DNA from: an uncultured bacterium
Lineage (GTDB): Bacteria; Patescibacteriota; Patescibacteriia; SG8-24; DYFX01
Reading direction: 5' to 3'
DNA length: 64,000 bases
Assembly: GCA_937900255.1 (NCBI GenBank)
Contig: CALCDZ010000003.1
Span: forward strand, 127,149-191,148
Shown here: piece after piece, positions 1 to 9,218 of the stretch
Layout of the letters: each line of letters opens with the position of its first letter
How positions within the stretch are numbered: position 1 is the stretch's first letter
The notes under the pieces: generated by a model
Told to the model about the DNA's origin: nothing
Seen by the model: the letters and a program-made list of their open reading frames with translations, nothing else
Database searches by the model: none
Made by a program: the position numbers and the translations under genes

Positions 1-432
1 GGCCCTGTCGCCTTTGGGCGCCCAGGCCACGGCCGTCGCCGACGGGAAGGCTTGCGGGGAAAGCGCCTGCGTCGTGCCGTCGGGGAGAGCGCGATAGAAG
101 CGCCCGTCGGTGCCATCGTAATAGCTGAGACCGTCCGGGGAGGCCGACGGGTGCCGCGCGGTGTCTTGCGTGAGGCGGGGGCTGGCCGTCTTCCCGCCGG
201 AAGCCACCGCCGGCAGCGTGGCCGCGGGCGGCAGGGTCGTCACGCCGGGCGTCGTGGTGCCGACGGGCGGCTTGCTGTCGCCCGAGGTCGGGAGTCCCGT
301 GACCGGCGGCGTCCCGACGGGGGACGTCGGAACGGCGACAGGCGCGCCCGCGAAGAAGAACCGGTACAACAGGAGCGCGACGCCTACGGTGACGCCGACG
401 AACAGGACGAGCAAGGCGATCTTCTTGAACAT
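1..432 (-). CDS. hypothetical membrane-anchored/secreted protein, 5' part only (ATG at 432-430, runs off window start). It has an N-terminal TM/signal anchor, a Pro/Thr/Gly-rich linker, then SPDG..YYDGTDG..PDG motifs suggestive of a PD40/TolB-like beta-propeller
   Basis: Own translation of the minus strand from ATG 432-430. The frame stays open to position 1 (144 codons). The hydrophobic N-terminus MFKKIALLVLFVGVTVGVALLLY is followed by a PT-rich segment. It is absent from the ORF track only because no stop codon lies inside the window. Confidence 0.45.
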   Translation of the reverse strand, partial: MFKKIALLVLFVGVTVGVALLLYRFFFAGAPVAVPTSPVGTPPVTGLPTSGDSKPPVGTTTPGVTTLPPAATLPAVASGGKTASPRLTQDTARHPSASPDGLSYYDGTDGRFYRALPDGTTQALSPQAFPSATAVAWAPKGDRA

Positions 433-453
433 ACGGCGGAAGGCAGCGTCGGT

Positions 454-774
454 TTAGAGGTGATTAGCGGCAGCCGTGACGACGGCGAGCAGGATGGCGA
501 TCACGGTCACGAACAGCACGTCGAGCGCGATGACCAGGGCGGTGATGACGACCATGCCGACGATTTCGGCCAGCTTGATCGGCAAGAGGGAACTTTTCGG
601 CAGGTTCTTCAATGCCTCCGGGGCGAACCACTCTTCCCCGACGGCCGGGATGAATCTCCTTAAATACCCGGAGCCTGCCTGCAGCAGGAACAGGAGATCG
701 ATGAGGTAGATCGAGTGCCCGAACGTCTCCCAGAGGAACGCCCAGCATGCCTTGATGAATCCGCTCACCATCAT
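454..774 (-). CDS. small hydrophobic membrane protein (about 106 aa from internal Met; track ORF 454-963 has a low-complexity N-terminal extension that is probably not translated)
   Basis: C-terminal two thirds are TM-like (LAEIVGMVVITALVIALDVLFVTVIAILLAVVTAAANHL). Start chosen at MMVSG (774). No convincing SD, so the start is uncertain. Confidence 0.4.
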   Translation of the reverse strand: MMVSGFIKACWAFLWETFGHSIYLIDLLFLLQAGSGYLRRFIPAVGEEWFAPEALKNLPKSSLLPIKLAEIVGMVVITALVIALDVLFVTVIAILLAVVTAAANHL

Positions 775-979
775 CCGGGAGGCTTGCTCGCCTGAGCCCT
801 GTCCGGGCTCTCCTTCGACGTCCCGCGATACCGGATCCCGACCCCCTCGCCCGATCCCGTCCGTGTTCGGGCTCGTTCGTCGCTCGAAGTCCAACGCCCG
901 GCGCCTCGCCTCCTCCGAAACGGGGGGCGTGGAGATGTCGGAAGGCGGTCGGACTTCGTCCATACGTCGTCAGGAGCGG

Positions 980-3520
980 TTAGGGTTTCACGACCAGCGC
1001 GTCGTCCTTGACCGTCAAACGGACCGTCTCGCCGGGGGCGTACGCGCCGGAGAGCAGCTTCTCGGCTACCAGATTCTCGACCATCTCCTGGATGGTCTTG
1101 CGTACGCCGCGCGCGCCCTGGAGCGGCACGAAGCTGCGCTCGGCCACGAGCTTCTGCCCGCCGGCGGTGAGCGCTACCTTGATGCGGTGCTCGGTCTCCA
1201 GGCGACGGTTGAGGTCCGCCATGTGCAGGCTGACGATCTTCTGCAGGCTCGCCAGGTCGAGCGGGCGGAAGAGGATGACCTTGTCGATGCGGTTCACGAA
1301 CTCCGGCTTGAAGCGCCGTTCGAGGTCCTGCAGCATCGGCCCCTTGGCCTCCGCGAACTTGTCCTTGAGCGACTGGTCCTTGCTGCCGGAGGAATCGAAG
1401 CCGACCGTAGCGGTGCGGAGATGCTCCGAACCGACGTTCGACGTCATGATGATGATGGTGTTCTTGAAGTTGATCTTCTTGCCGGTCGCGTCCGTCAGGT
1501 GCCCGTCCTCGAAGATCTGGAGGAAGAGGTTGAGGACGTCCGGATGCGCCTTCTCGAGCTCGTCGAAGAGCACGACCGAATACGGCCGGCGCTTCACGGC
1601 ATCGGCGAACTTGTTGGAATCGCGGTAGCCGACGTAGCCGGCGGGGGACCCGATCAGCTTCGAGATGTTGAAGCTCTCGGTGAACTCCGACATGTCCACG
1701 CGGACGAAGGCTTCCTTGTCGCGGAAGACCGTCTCGGCGATGGCCTTGGCGAGTTCGGTCTTGCCGACGCCGGAAGGTCCCATGAAGAGGAAAGAGGCGA
1801 GCGGTCGGTTCGGGTGCGCGAGGCCCAGGCGGGCACGGCGGATGCTTTCGGCGACCGACTTCACGGCTTCGTCCTGCCCGACCACGCGTTCGGCCAGCTT
1901 CCGTTCGAGGTCGACCAGCTGCCGCTTCTCTTCGAATACGATCTCCTCGACCGGGATGCCGGTCGAGCGGGCCAGGACCTTGGCGACGTCCGCGGCCGTG
2001 ACTTCCGTCGGCGCTTTCGAGAGCGCCCCTCCGCGCGCGAGCGCTTCCATCTTCTTTTGGAGCGCCTTCTCGTGCTCCTTGAGGGCCAGCGCTTCGGTGA
2101 AGTTCTCCCCGACGACGGCCTGCTGCTTCTTAGCGCGCACGTCGCTCAACTTGCCTTCCGTCTCGCGCGCTTCGGCGGCGGCGGCGTCCTGGCCGTCGTT
2201 CACCCGCAGCATGGCGGCAGCCTCGTCGATCAGGTCGATGGCCTTGTCCGGCAGGAAGCGGTCCTGCACGTAGCGGACCGACATCTGCACGGCCGCGTCG
2301 ATGGCGGCGTCGGTGATCTTCACGCCGTGGAAGCTCTCGAACGATTCGCGCAGCCCCCGGAGGATGTGCGCGGCCTGTTCCGGCGTCGGCTCGGAGACCT
2401 GCACCGGCTGGAACCGGCGGTCGAGCGCGCTGTCGGCCTCGATATGCTTCTTGTATTCCGCCAGCGTGGTGGCGCCGATGCATCGGATCTCGCCGCGGGC
2501 CAGGGCGGGTTTCAGGATGTTGGCGGCGTCGATCGATCCGGAGGCGGCCCCGGCGCCCATGATCATGTGGAGCTCGTCGATGAACAGGACGATCTCCGGA
2601 TGCGACTTGACCTCGTCGATGATCTGCTTGAGGCGGCTCTCGAACTCGCCGCGGTAGATGGTGCCGGCGATGATCAGTCCCAGGTCGACCGAGATGATCC
2701 GCTTGCCTTCGAGCGCGGGCGGCACCTTGCCGGCCGCCAGTTTCTTGGCCAGCCCTTCGACGATGGCGGTCTTGCCCACGCCGGGCTCGCCGAGCAGCAC
2801 CGGGTTGTTCTTGGTCTTGCGGCAGAGCACCTGGATGATGCGCTCGACCTCCTTCTCGCGTCCGACGACGTCTTCCACCTTGTCGACGAATTTCTTGGCG
2901 GTCATGTCGACGCCGAAGAACTCGAGCGCAGGCGTCTTCACGGCCTTGGCGGCGGCCTTGGCCCTGCCGCGCGCCGCCATCTCCTCCTTCTGGCCTTTGT
3001 CGGCATCGGGCTTCTTGGCTTCGAAGGTCTCGGTCATGTCGGGGAACTTCGAAGTCGATTTCAGGACGCTGGCGATCTGGTCCTTCGCCGCCGAGAGGGC
3101 GACGCCGCGCGTCCGGAAATAGGATTCGATGCCCGCTCCGGCGACCTGCAGGATGGCAGAGAGCAGGTGCTCGGTGCCGACGTATTTGTGCTCGTGCAGG
3201 TTGGCGGTCAGCACCGCCTTCTCGATCATGCGCTTGGCATCCGCCGACAGCTTTGGCGAAGCGTCGGTCCCGGCGGCATCCACCCGGTTCCTCCTGGCGG
3301 CGGCGTTCGTCGCCTCGCTCACGGACCTCTTGATGTCGTCGGACGTCAGTCCGAGCTTGGTCAGGACTTCCGAAGCGATCGATCCTTTCTGCGCCGAAAG
3401 CGCGAACAGCAGGTGCGGAGGTTCGATGGAAGGCTGCCGGAGCTCCTGCGCCAGGGCGTAGGCCCGGACGAGCGTGTTCTTGAGGTGCGTGGAGAACTTG
3501 TCGAGGATTTCCGGGTTCAT
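980..3520 (-). CDS. clpC: Clp/Hsp100 AAA+ ATPase, ClpC-type (Clp_N repeats, two Walker A modules GEPGVGKT and GPSGVGKT about 337 aa apart, i.e. short middle domain)
   Basis: 846 aa ORF. N-terminal Clp repeat, two P-loops, AAA+ sensor motifs. The spacing between P-loops fits ClpC rather than ClpB. Confidence 0.9.
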   Translation of the reverse strand: MNPEILDKFSTHLKNTLVRAYALAQELRQPSIEPPHLLFALSAQKGSIASEVLTKLGLTSDDIKRSVSEATNAAARRNRVDAAGTDASPKLSADAKRMIEKAVLTANLHEHKYVGTEHLLSAILQVAGAGIESYFRTRGVALSAAKDQIASVLKSTSKFPDMTETFEAKKPDADKGQKEEMAARGRAKAAAKAVKTPALEFFGVDMTAKKFVDKVEDVVGREKEVERIIQVLCRKTKNNPVLLGEPGVGKTAIVEGLAKKLAAGKVPPALEGKRIISVDLGLIIAGTIYRGEFESRLKQIIDEVKSHPEIVLFIDELHMIMGAGAASGSIDAANILKPALARGEIRCIGATTLAEYKKHIEADSALDRRFQPVQVSEPTPEQAAHILRGLRESFESFHGVKITDAAIDAAVQMSVRYVQDRFLPDKAIDLIDEAAAMLRVNDGQDAAAAEARETEGKLSDVRAKKQQAVVGENFTEALALKEHEKALQKKMEALARGGALSKAPTEVTAADVAKVLARSTGIPVEEIVFEEKRQLVDLERKLAERVVGQDEAVKSVAESIRRARLGLAHPNRPLASFLFMGPSGVGKTELAKAIAETVFRDKEAFVRVDMSEFTESFNISKLIGSPAGYVGYRDSNKFADAVKRRPYSVVLFDELEKAHPDVLNLFLQIFEDGHLTDATGKKINFKNTIIIMTSNVGSEHLRTATVGFDSSGSKDQSLKDKFAEAKGPMLQDLERRFKPEFVNRIDKVILFRPLDLASLQKIVSLHMADLNRRLETEHRIKVALTAGGQKLVAERSFVPLQGARGVRKTIQEMVENLVAEKLLSGAYAPGETVRLTVKDDALVVKP

Positions 3521-3523
3521 AGG

Positions 3524-4414
3524 CTAGGAAGTGATTTCCATCTGTCGCAGGGCCTTGATGCGTTCGGCGATCGGCGGGTGCGTGGAGAACAGTCCGGAGA
3601 GCTTGTGTCCTGCGCCGAAGGGGTTCGCGATGTAGAGGTGCGCGGTGGCCGTCGATGCGCGGCGCATCGGCCCGTCATAGGCCGAAATCTTCTCGAGCGC
3701 GCGGGCCAGGCCGTCGGGAAAGCGCGTCAGGAGCGCGCCGGAGGAGTCGGCCAGATACTCGCGTCGCCTGGAGATCGCCAGCTGGATCAGCTGGGCCACG
3801 ATCGGCGCCAGGATCAGTCCGATGATGCCTAGGATCATGAGCGCCTCGCCGCCTTGGCGGTCGTTACGACGCCGTCCGCCCCCGAATGCCGAGGCTCTCA
3901 GGAACAGGTTGGCCATCATCGCGACGACGCCGACCAGCACGGCCACGACGGCCATCACCCGCGTGTCATAGTTCTTCACGTGGGAGAGCTCATGGGCCGC
4001 GACGCCTTCGAGCTCCGTCCGGTCGAGTCTTTCGAGGAGCCCGGTCGTGAATGCGATCGAGGCGAGCTCCGGCTTGCGGCCGGTGGCGAAGGCGTTCGGA
4101 GCGGGATCGTCGATGACGTAGATCTTCGGGGTCGGGATGCCGTCGGCGATGCAGAGGTTCTCGACGACGCGATACAGCTCCGGCGCGTCCTGCTTGGCGA
4201 TCTGTTTGGCCCCGGCGCCCCAGAGCGCCATCTTGTCCCCGGCGTAGTAGGAGACGCCCGCGGTCCCCAGGGAGTAGAGGAGCGCGATGAACACGATGCC
4301 GCCGCCCGCGTCGTAGTACCGGTCCAGCGCGTAACCGAGCCCGGCCACGAACAGGACGAAGACCGCGATCAGGAACGCGCTCCGGCGCTTATTGGACGTG
4401 ATTTGTGAATACAT
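3524..4414 (-). CDS. htpX: zinc metalloprotease HtpX (peptidase M48)
   Basis: HELSHVKNYD zinc-binding motif, N-terminal TM helices, 296 aa. Confidence 0.9.
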   Translation of the reverse strand: MYSQITSNKRRSAFLIAVFVLFVAGLGYALDRYYDAGGGIVFIALLYSLGTAGVSYYAGDKMALWGAGAKQIAKQDAPELYRVVENLCIADGIPTPKIYVIDDPAPNAFATGRKPELASIAFTTGLLERLDRTELEGVAAHELSHVKNYDTRVMAVVAVLVGVVAMMANLFLRASAFGGGRRRNDRQGGEALMILGIIGLILAPIVAQLIQLAISRRREYLADSSGALLTRFPDGLARALEKISAYDGPMRRASTATAHLYIANPFGAGHKLSGLFSTHPPIAERIKALRQMEITS

Positions 4415-4507
4415 TGAACGCGCGATACATCTATAAGTGGGTGTCTATGCGGATTCTATCAATTTTATGTGGGGTGGACAATCGGGAACGGCGGTCACCG
4501 CCCCTTC

Positions 4508-4536
4508 TTGACATCTTGTCGAAATGCACCTATGTT
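4508..4536 (+). promoter_or_regulatory. sigma70-like promoter (TTGACA-17 nt-TATGTT) for the downstream hypothetical gene
   Basis: TTGACA at 4508-4513, 17-nt spacer, TATGTT at 4531-4536, in an AT-richer intergenic stretch. SD AAAGGGG lies 6 nt before ATG 4564. Confidence 0.5.
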
Positions 4537-4563
4537 TCCCGTGGTCAACCAAAGGGGTACACG

Positions 4564-5010
4564 ATGCACCTTGAATCGTTCATGATCGATTTCGATCCCC
4601 AGGCTCCGCTGGAGCGGCTGGTCGCCGAAAGCGGTAATGACTGGGTGAGCGGCGCGATCTCCGACGTGCCGCTTGAGACGGGACTGGGGTCTGACCGGAT
4701 CGTTCAGGAGGTCGGCGTGGCCTGGTTCGATACGGAAACGCCTCTGGCGGCGGCGCTCGCCGCTTTCGCCGAGCGTGCCCGCCGGCCCGCCGGCCTGCGT
4801 CAGCTCTTCGCCTTTAATCGCCGGTATCCGGACCTCCAGCGGCGTTTTCCGGTCATCGCGCTCGGGTCTTTCTGGCAGCGCCGCGAAGGGTACCCGAAAT
4901 ATTATCCTTGGCTCGAAGGCAGGACAATACGACAATGCCTGGACCTGCTGCAGGTGACGGGTACGGGCGCTTTCGGCGCCTGCTGGAGATACCTCACGCT
5001 CGCCGCTTGA
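4564..5010 (+). CDS. hypothetical protein (148 aa; track ORF 4405-5010 starts inside the promoter region)
   Basis: ATG 4564 is preceded by an SD and the promoter above. No recognisable motif. Confidence 0.5.
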   Translation: MHLESFMIDFDPQAPLERLVAESGNDWVSGAISDVPLETGLGSDRIVQEVGVAWFDTETPLAAALAAFAERARRPAGLRQLFAFNRRYPDLQRRFPVIALGSFWQRREGYPKYYPWLEGRTIRQCLDLLQVTGTGAFGACWRYLTLAA

Positions 5011-5097
5011 GCCCCTCCTTTCCGAGGGGTTTTTATGATGTACAAAAACGGCCATTCATGGGTAAGATGCGCCCAGTCCCATTTGGAGGCGAATGTG

Positions 5098-5934
5098 CTG
5101 AAAGACCGACTTTTTCGGATCGTCCTGATTTTTTCCGCCGTGACGGTTCTTTTCATCCCGTCTGCCTGCGCGGATGGGTGTCCGGTGCGGGCCGTTCCGG
5201 AAGACGGCGGCACGCACTGGTGCTATTCGGCCGGAAGCCTCGGACATGTCCATCTTTGGAAGCCAGCAAGCTACGATGCGGCAAGCGCCGTCACGGTCGT
5301 GTACGTGCACGGTTATAACCTGACGGAGGACGGCAGGCAGGTGACCGGCAAGAGGGCGGGCCTCGATGGCTGTGTCAACGCGCACTACATCGACTGCGCC
5401 TGGGACAAGCATCACCTGGCTGAACAGTTCGCCGCGAGCGGATTGAACGCTCTCTTCGTGGCCGTCGAAGGGCCAGTCAACGACCATCAGCGCGCGAAGT
5501 GGAAGTCGCTCGGCAGCCTGCTCAGCACCATCGGCCGCCACGGTTTCCGCGTCCCGAAGGACGTGACGGCGGTCGGTCACAGCGCCGGAGGCTTCACGGT
5601 CGTGAACTTCCTGAACGACCGCCGACTGAAGCACGTCGTCGCGCTGGATGCGCTTTACCGGCGCGTGCCGCGCCGCTTGGAAAAGTGGTATCGGCCGTCC
5701 CAGGACCATCGCCTGACCCTGATCGGGGCCGAAGGCCTGCCGGAACAGACGGCTGCGTTCGGCGCGAAGCTCGGATGCGACGTCGTCGAAGATCCGGCCG
5801 AGGCTTACTCTGAAGATGCGATGCGCGCGCGATGCGTCGTCGCGGTCGATGCCGCCATCAATCACATGGCGGTCGTCACGGACGGGGAGATCGTGCCTAT
5901 CGCGTTGACACGAACGTACGCGCCTGACCCGTGA
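5098..5934 (+). CDS. secreted alpha/beta-hydrolase-fold esterase/lipase-like protein (GHSAGG nucleophile elbow; signal peptide with possible lipobox PSAC)
   Basis: GxSxG motif VGHSAGGF. Hydrophobic N-terminus after GTG 5098, which follows SD GGAGG. The track ORF starts earlier at 5035. Confidence 0.7.
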   Translation: MKDRLFRIVLIFSAVTVLFIPSACADGCPVRAVPEDGGTHWCYSAGSLGHVHLWKPASYDAASAVTVVYVHGYNLTEDGRQVTGKRAGLDGCVNAHYIDCAWDKHHLAEQFAASGLNALFVAVEGPVNDHQRAKWKSLGSLLSTIGRHGFRVPKDVTAVGHSAGGFTVVNFLNDRRLKHVVALDALYRRVPRRLEKWYRPSQDHRLTLIGAEGLPEQTAAFGAKLGCDVVEDPAEAYSEDAMRARCVVAVDAAINHMAVVTDGEIVPIALTRTYAPDP

Positions 5935-5938
5935 AATG

Positions 5939-5962
5939 CACCGAGCATCCGCTCGGTTTTTT
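5939..5962 (+). terminator. intrinsic terminator (CCGAGC-ATCC-GCTCGG + T6)
   Basis: Perfect 6-bp stem followed by TTTTTT, directly after stop 5932-5934. Confidence 0.6.
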
Positions 5963-6031
5963 GTCGCAGTCGTCCTCTGGAAATAAAAACGCCGCCGGAC
6001 GAAGCGTCCGACGGTCCGAGAGGTCCTGAGC

Positions 6032-6319
6032 CTAGGCGACGAAGGGCAGGCAGATCCAGCAGCCGATGGCGACGAGCAACGCCCCGAGCGTCGTGATGGC
6101 GGTCACGTACATGATGCTTTCCGCCAGCTGGATGCGTTGGAGGTGCCGGTGCCGCTGCTGGCCCTGCTGCCACGTCGTCTCCCCGCGACAGGAGAGCGTC
6201 CCCGTCAGGACCCGCAGCTCATGGGTGAGCTGCGTCCCGATGCGGTCCGAGACGGCGCAGGCCACCAGGGACAGGAATGCCATGGCAAACGCGGTGAGAG
6301 CGATCGTAGCGACGAGCAT
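6032..6319 (-). CDS. small two-TM membrane protein, hypothetical (95 aa from Met26 of track ORF)
   Basis: SD AAGGAGG 7 nt upstream of internal ATG (MLVATIAL...). Two hydrophobic helices. Confidence 0.5.
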   Translation of the reverse strand: MLVATIALTAFAMAFLSLVACAVSDRIGTQLTHELRVLTGTLSCRGETTWQQGQQRHRHLQRIQLAESIMYVTAITTLGALLVAIGCWICLPFVA

Positions 6320-6703
6320 CGTGATCCTCCTTGTGGGATGCTGACAAGCGTGTTGCCAGGCCGACAGGATACCCGTTTTCCGTTCTTTTGTCAAGATGGC
6401 GCCGAAATATGCCGCGCTCGTTCAGGTATAGGCGGACCGATGCCGGAAAACGCCGGAAAGGACGCGCCTCTTGCATTGAAGGAGAGCTCTTGGTTGCGTA
6501 TACTTCAATCGATATGAAATCCGCCGCGCCAAAAAGGTATTCCAGGTACGATTTGTCGGAAGCGTCCCGCGCCATCGCTTCGTTGATCGGCAAGTGCGTC
6601 AAGGTGCAGAAGAGACTGCGCAAAGGATCGGCCCAGGCGACCTTGATGAAGAACCGACTGAAGGCATTCCGCATCTCGGCAGCCCTGATCAAGTCGGAAA
6701 TGA

Positions 6704-6738
6704 GAAAAACGCCCGCTTAGAACGCGGGCGTTTCGTTT
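6704..6738 (-). terminator. intrinsic terminator (ACGCCCGC-TTAGAA-GCGGGCGT), functional on both strands but with the longer U-run on the minus strand
   Basis: 8-bp GC-rich stem. AAAAA upstream gives U5 on the minus strand, and TTCGTTT follows on the plus strand. It lies downstream of minus-strand tiny ORF 6804-6917. Confidence 0.55.
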
Positions 6739-6803
6739 GCCTGGGCCTATCGTCAAGAACCGCAAGGCTCGCGAGACTCACTTTGAGGGTCGGATCCTGA
6801 CGA

Positions 6804-6917
6804 TCAGTTGCCGGAGCGCTCATCCTCCCGATCCTGCCATATCCTGGCGAGGTCGCTGGCGACCCCAAACAACACGAGCGCGAGGAAGGGGAACAGTAGA
6901 CATTTGAGAATGATCAT
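6804..6917 (-). CDS. candidate tiny membrane protein (37 aa, MIILKCLLFPFLALVLFGVASDLARIWQDREDERSGN)
   Basis: ATG preceded by AAGGA 8 nt upstream. Hydrophobic helix plus charged tail. Terminator 6704-6738 lies downstream and a TTGACA-17-TAGCGT-like promoter upstream (about 6960-6990, minus). Not in a well-supported family. Confidence 0.3.
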   Translation of the reverse strand: MIILKCLLFPFLALVLFGVASDLARIWQDREDERSGN

Positions 6918-7167
6918 GGTGGATCCTTGCGCAAAAAAGCTGCCAGCGCCCGGACGCTATCACGAAAATAGGCATTTGTCAAGAAGAAAGCGCTGCAGGA
7001 ACGGCCGGTGTTCGGACTGACCGTGGGCGTCTGCAACCTGCCCGCGGACCGTCCTCTCCGGCCCGCTTATCTTGCACGTCCCGCATCGTTCCTTCCCAGC
7101 CTGAAAGCCGACTCAAGCAGATCCGTTCCCCCCGTGCTCGCAAAAGCGAAGACTTGGTCCAGCAACG

Positions 7168-7190
7168 AAAAAGCACCCGTGAGAGGGTGC
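7168..7190 (-). terminator. intrinsic terminator for lemA (GCACCC-TCTCAC-GGGTGC + U5 on minus strand)
   Basis: Seen as AAAAAGCACCCGTGAGAGGGTGC on the plus strand, just downstream of the lemA stop (7203-7205). Confidence 0.6.
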
Positions 7191-7202
7191 CTTCGGGTGC
7201 GT

Positions 7203-7757
7203 TCAGAACTTCACCTGCGGCGTCTGCTGTTCCGGGCCGTTGTCCGGGAGGTCGAAGAAGTCGCGTTTCTTGAATCCGAGAGACTGGGCGACCAGGTTGC
7301 TCGGGAAGACTTGAATCTTGATGTTCAGGTCGCGGGCGTTGGCGTTGTAGAAGCGGCGGGCGGCCTGGATCTTGTCTTCGGCGTCGCGCAGCTCATGCTG
7401 GAGGTCGAGGAAGCTTTGGTTGGCCTTGAGGTCCGGATAGGCTTCCGAGACGGCGAAGAGCGACTTGAGCGTCCCGGAGAGCATGTTCTCGGCGGCGGCG
7501 TGCTGGGCCGGGGTCTGGGCGCCCATGGCGGCGGCGCGTGCCTTCGTGACGTTCTCGAAGGCGGAGGATTCGTGGGCGGCGTAGCCCTTGACGGTGTTGA
7601 CGAGGTTCGGGATCAGGTCGTAGCGGCGCTTGAGCTGGATTTCGATGTCGGACCAGGCTTCATCGGTGCGCACGTTCAGCGTGACCAGCCCGTTATACAC
7701 GGACCAGAGCCAGACCAAAGCGACGACGATGATGCCGAGGATGATGTACATCGGCAT
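7203..7757 (-). CDS. lemA: LemA family membrane protein
   Basis: 184 aa. N-terminal TM helix then the conserved LemA region (YNGLVTL..RRYDLIPNLV..). Confidence 0.85.
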   Translation of the reverse strand: MPMYIILGIIVVALVWLWSVYNGLVTLNVRTDEAWSDIEIQLKRRYDLIPNLVNTVKGYAAHESSAFENVTKARAAAMGAQTPAQHAAAENMLSGTLKSLFAVSEAYPDLKANQSFLDLQHELRDAEDKIQAARRFYNANARDLNIKIQVFPSNLVAQSLGFKKRDFFDLPDNGPEQQTPQVKF

Positions 7758-7797
7758 AGTGGCGTTTTTTCAGGCGAAAAGTTAAGCTGGTTCCATT

Positions 7798-9144
7798 ATG
7801 GACTACAATCCTTCCATCTTCAAGGCGTACGACATCCGCGGCCTGGTCGGCATCGATTACGACGACGAGTTCTGCGAGGCGCTCGGCCGCGCGTTCGTGC
7901 TGCACACCGGCGCCAAGACGATCGTGGCCGGCCGCGACATGCGCGGATCTTCGCCCGGCTACTTCGCTGCGCTCACCCGCGGCATCATGAAGCAGGGCGC
8001 GGACGTCATCGACATCGGCATGGTCTCGACGCCGATGTTCTATTTCGCCGTTTCCGACTACGACCTGCACGATGCCGGCATCATGGTGACCGCGTCCCAT
8101 AATCCTGCCGAATACAACGGCTTCAAGATGGTGCATGGCGACGCTTTGCCGATCGGGAGGGGGAGCGGCATGGAGGAGCTGAAGGCGCTGGTCGAGCGGG
8201 GCGGATTCCCGGACGCGAAGGAAGGCACGCTCATCCAGGTCGACATCGTGCCGGACTATCTCGAACGCCTCTTTGCGCTCGTGCCGCCGGAATCGATTTC
8301 GGGGCTGAAGGTCGCGGTCGACGCCGGCAACGGCATGGGCGGCGTCATCCTGCCGAAGATCTTCGAGCGGCTCGATGTCGAAGTCGAGCGGCTCTTCTGG
8401 GAACCGGACGGCACTTTCCCGAACCACGAGGCGAACCCGCTGAAGGTCGAGACGCTCGTAGATCTCCAAGCGAAGATCGCGGAGGCGAAGGCTGACGTCG
8501 GCATCGCGCTCGACGGCGACTCCGACCGCATCGGCCTGGTCGACGAGAAGGGGACGGTCATCCGCGCCGATCAGATCATCGCCATGCTGGCGCACGCGCT
8601 CCTGCCCGGACATGCCGGCGAGACGGTCACCTATAACGTCTCGTGCGGCAACATCGCGCCCGAAGAGATCCGCGCTTCCGGCGGCGTCCCGCTCATGACT
8701 CCGACCGGCCATGCGCTCATCAAGCCCATCCTGAGGGAGCATGACGCGCTTTTCGGCGGTGAACTCTCGGGCCACTTCTATTTCCGCGAATTCTTCAGCG
8801 CCGAGAATACCGATTACGTGCTGCTGCTCGTGCTGCAGCTGCTTTCGCGGGAGAAGCGCCCGCTCTCGGAACTCGTCGCGCCATTCCGCCGCTACGCCCA
8901 TTCCGGCGAACTGAACTTCAAGGTGACCGACGCGAAGGCGAAAGTCGCCGCGATCCGGGAACGTTTCGCGCCGGACGCCGCGAAGGTCACCGAGATCGAC
9001 GGTTTGCGCCTGGATTTTTCCGACGGCTGGTGTTCCGTGCGTACTTCGAACACCGAACCGCTGCTGCGCCTGAACGTCGAGGGCGCCACGCGCGAGGTGA
9101 TGGAAGCCCGTAAGGCCGCGCTCGAAGCCGTCATCCGAGGCTAG
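7798..9144 (+). CDS. phosphomannomutase/phosphoglucomutase family protein (alpha-D-phosphohexomutase)
   Basis: TASHNPAEYNGFK active-site serine loop, 448 aa, four-domain length. Confidence 0.9.
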   Translation: MDYNPSIFKAYDIRGLVGIDYDDEFCEALGRAFVLHTGAKTIVAGRDMRGSSPGYFAALTRGIMKQGADVIDIGMVSTPMFYFAVSDYDLHDAGIMVTASHNPAEYNGFKMVHGDALPIGRGSGMEELKALVERGGFPDAKEGTLIQVDIVPDYLERLFALVPPESISGLKVAVDAGNGMGGVILPKIFERLDVEVERLFWEPDGTFPNHEANPLKVETLVDLQAKIAEAKADVGIALDGDSDRIGLVDEKGTVIRADQIIAMLAHALLPGHAGETVTYNVSCGNIAPEEIRASGGVPLMTPTGHALIKPILREHDALFGGELSGHFYFREFFSAENTDYVLLLVLQLLSREKRPLSELVAPFRRYAHSGELNFKVTDAKAKVAAIRERFAPDAAKVTEIDGLRLDFSDGWCSVRTSNTEPLLRLNVEGATREVMEARKAALEAVIRG

Positions 9145-9218
9145 CGCCGCCCGCATCTTGCGGTTTCGCGCAGGGCATGTAGTATTCCGGTCACGCGGTA
9201 ACGCGTGACGGAGGTTCT

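Noticed and set aside
752-3832. 1026-aa ORF on the plus strand
   Set aside because: Entirely antisense to the well-supported clpC gene (980-3520, minus). The predicted product is Arg/Gly/Leu/Asp-rich low-complexity typical of mirror-strand ORFs in high-GC DNA.
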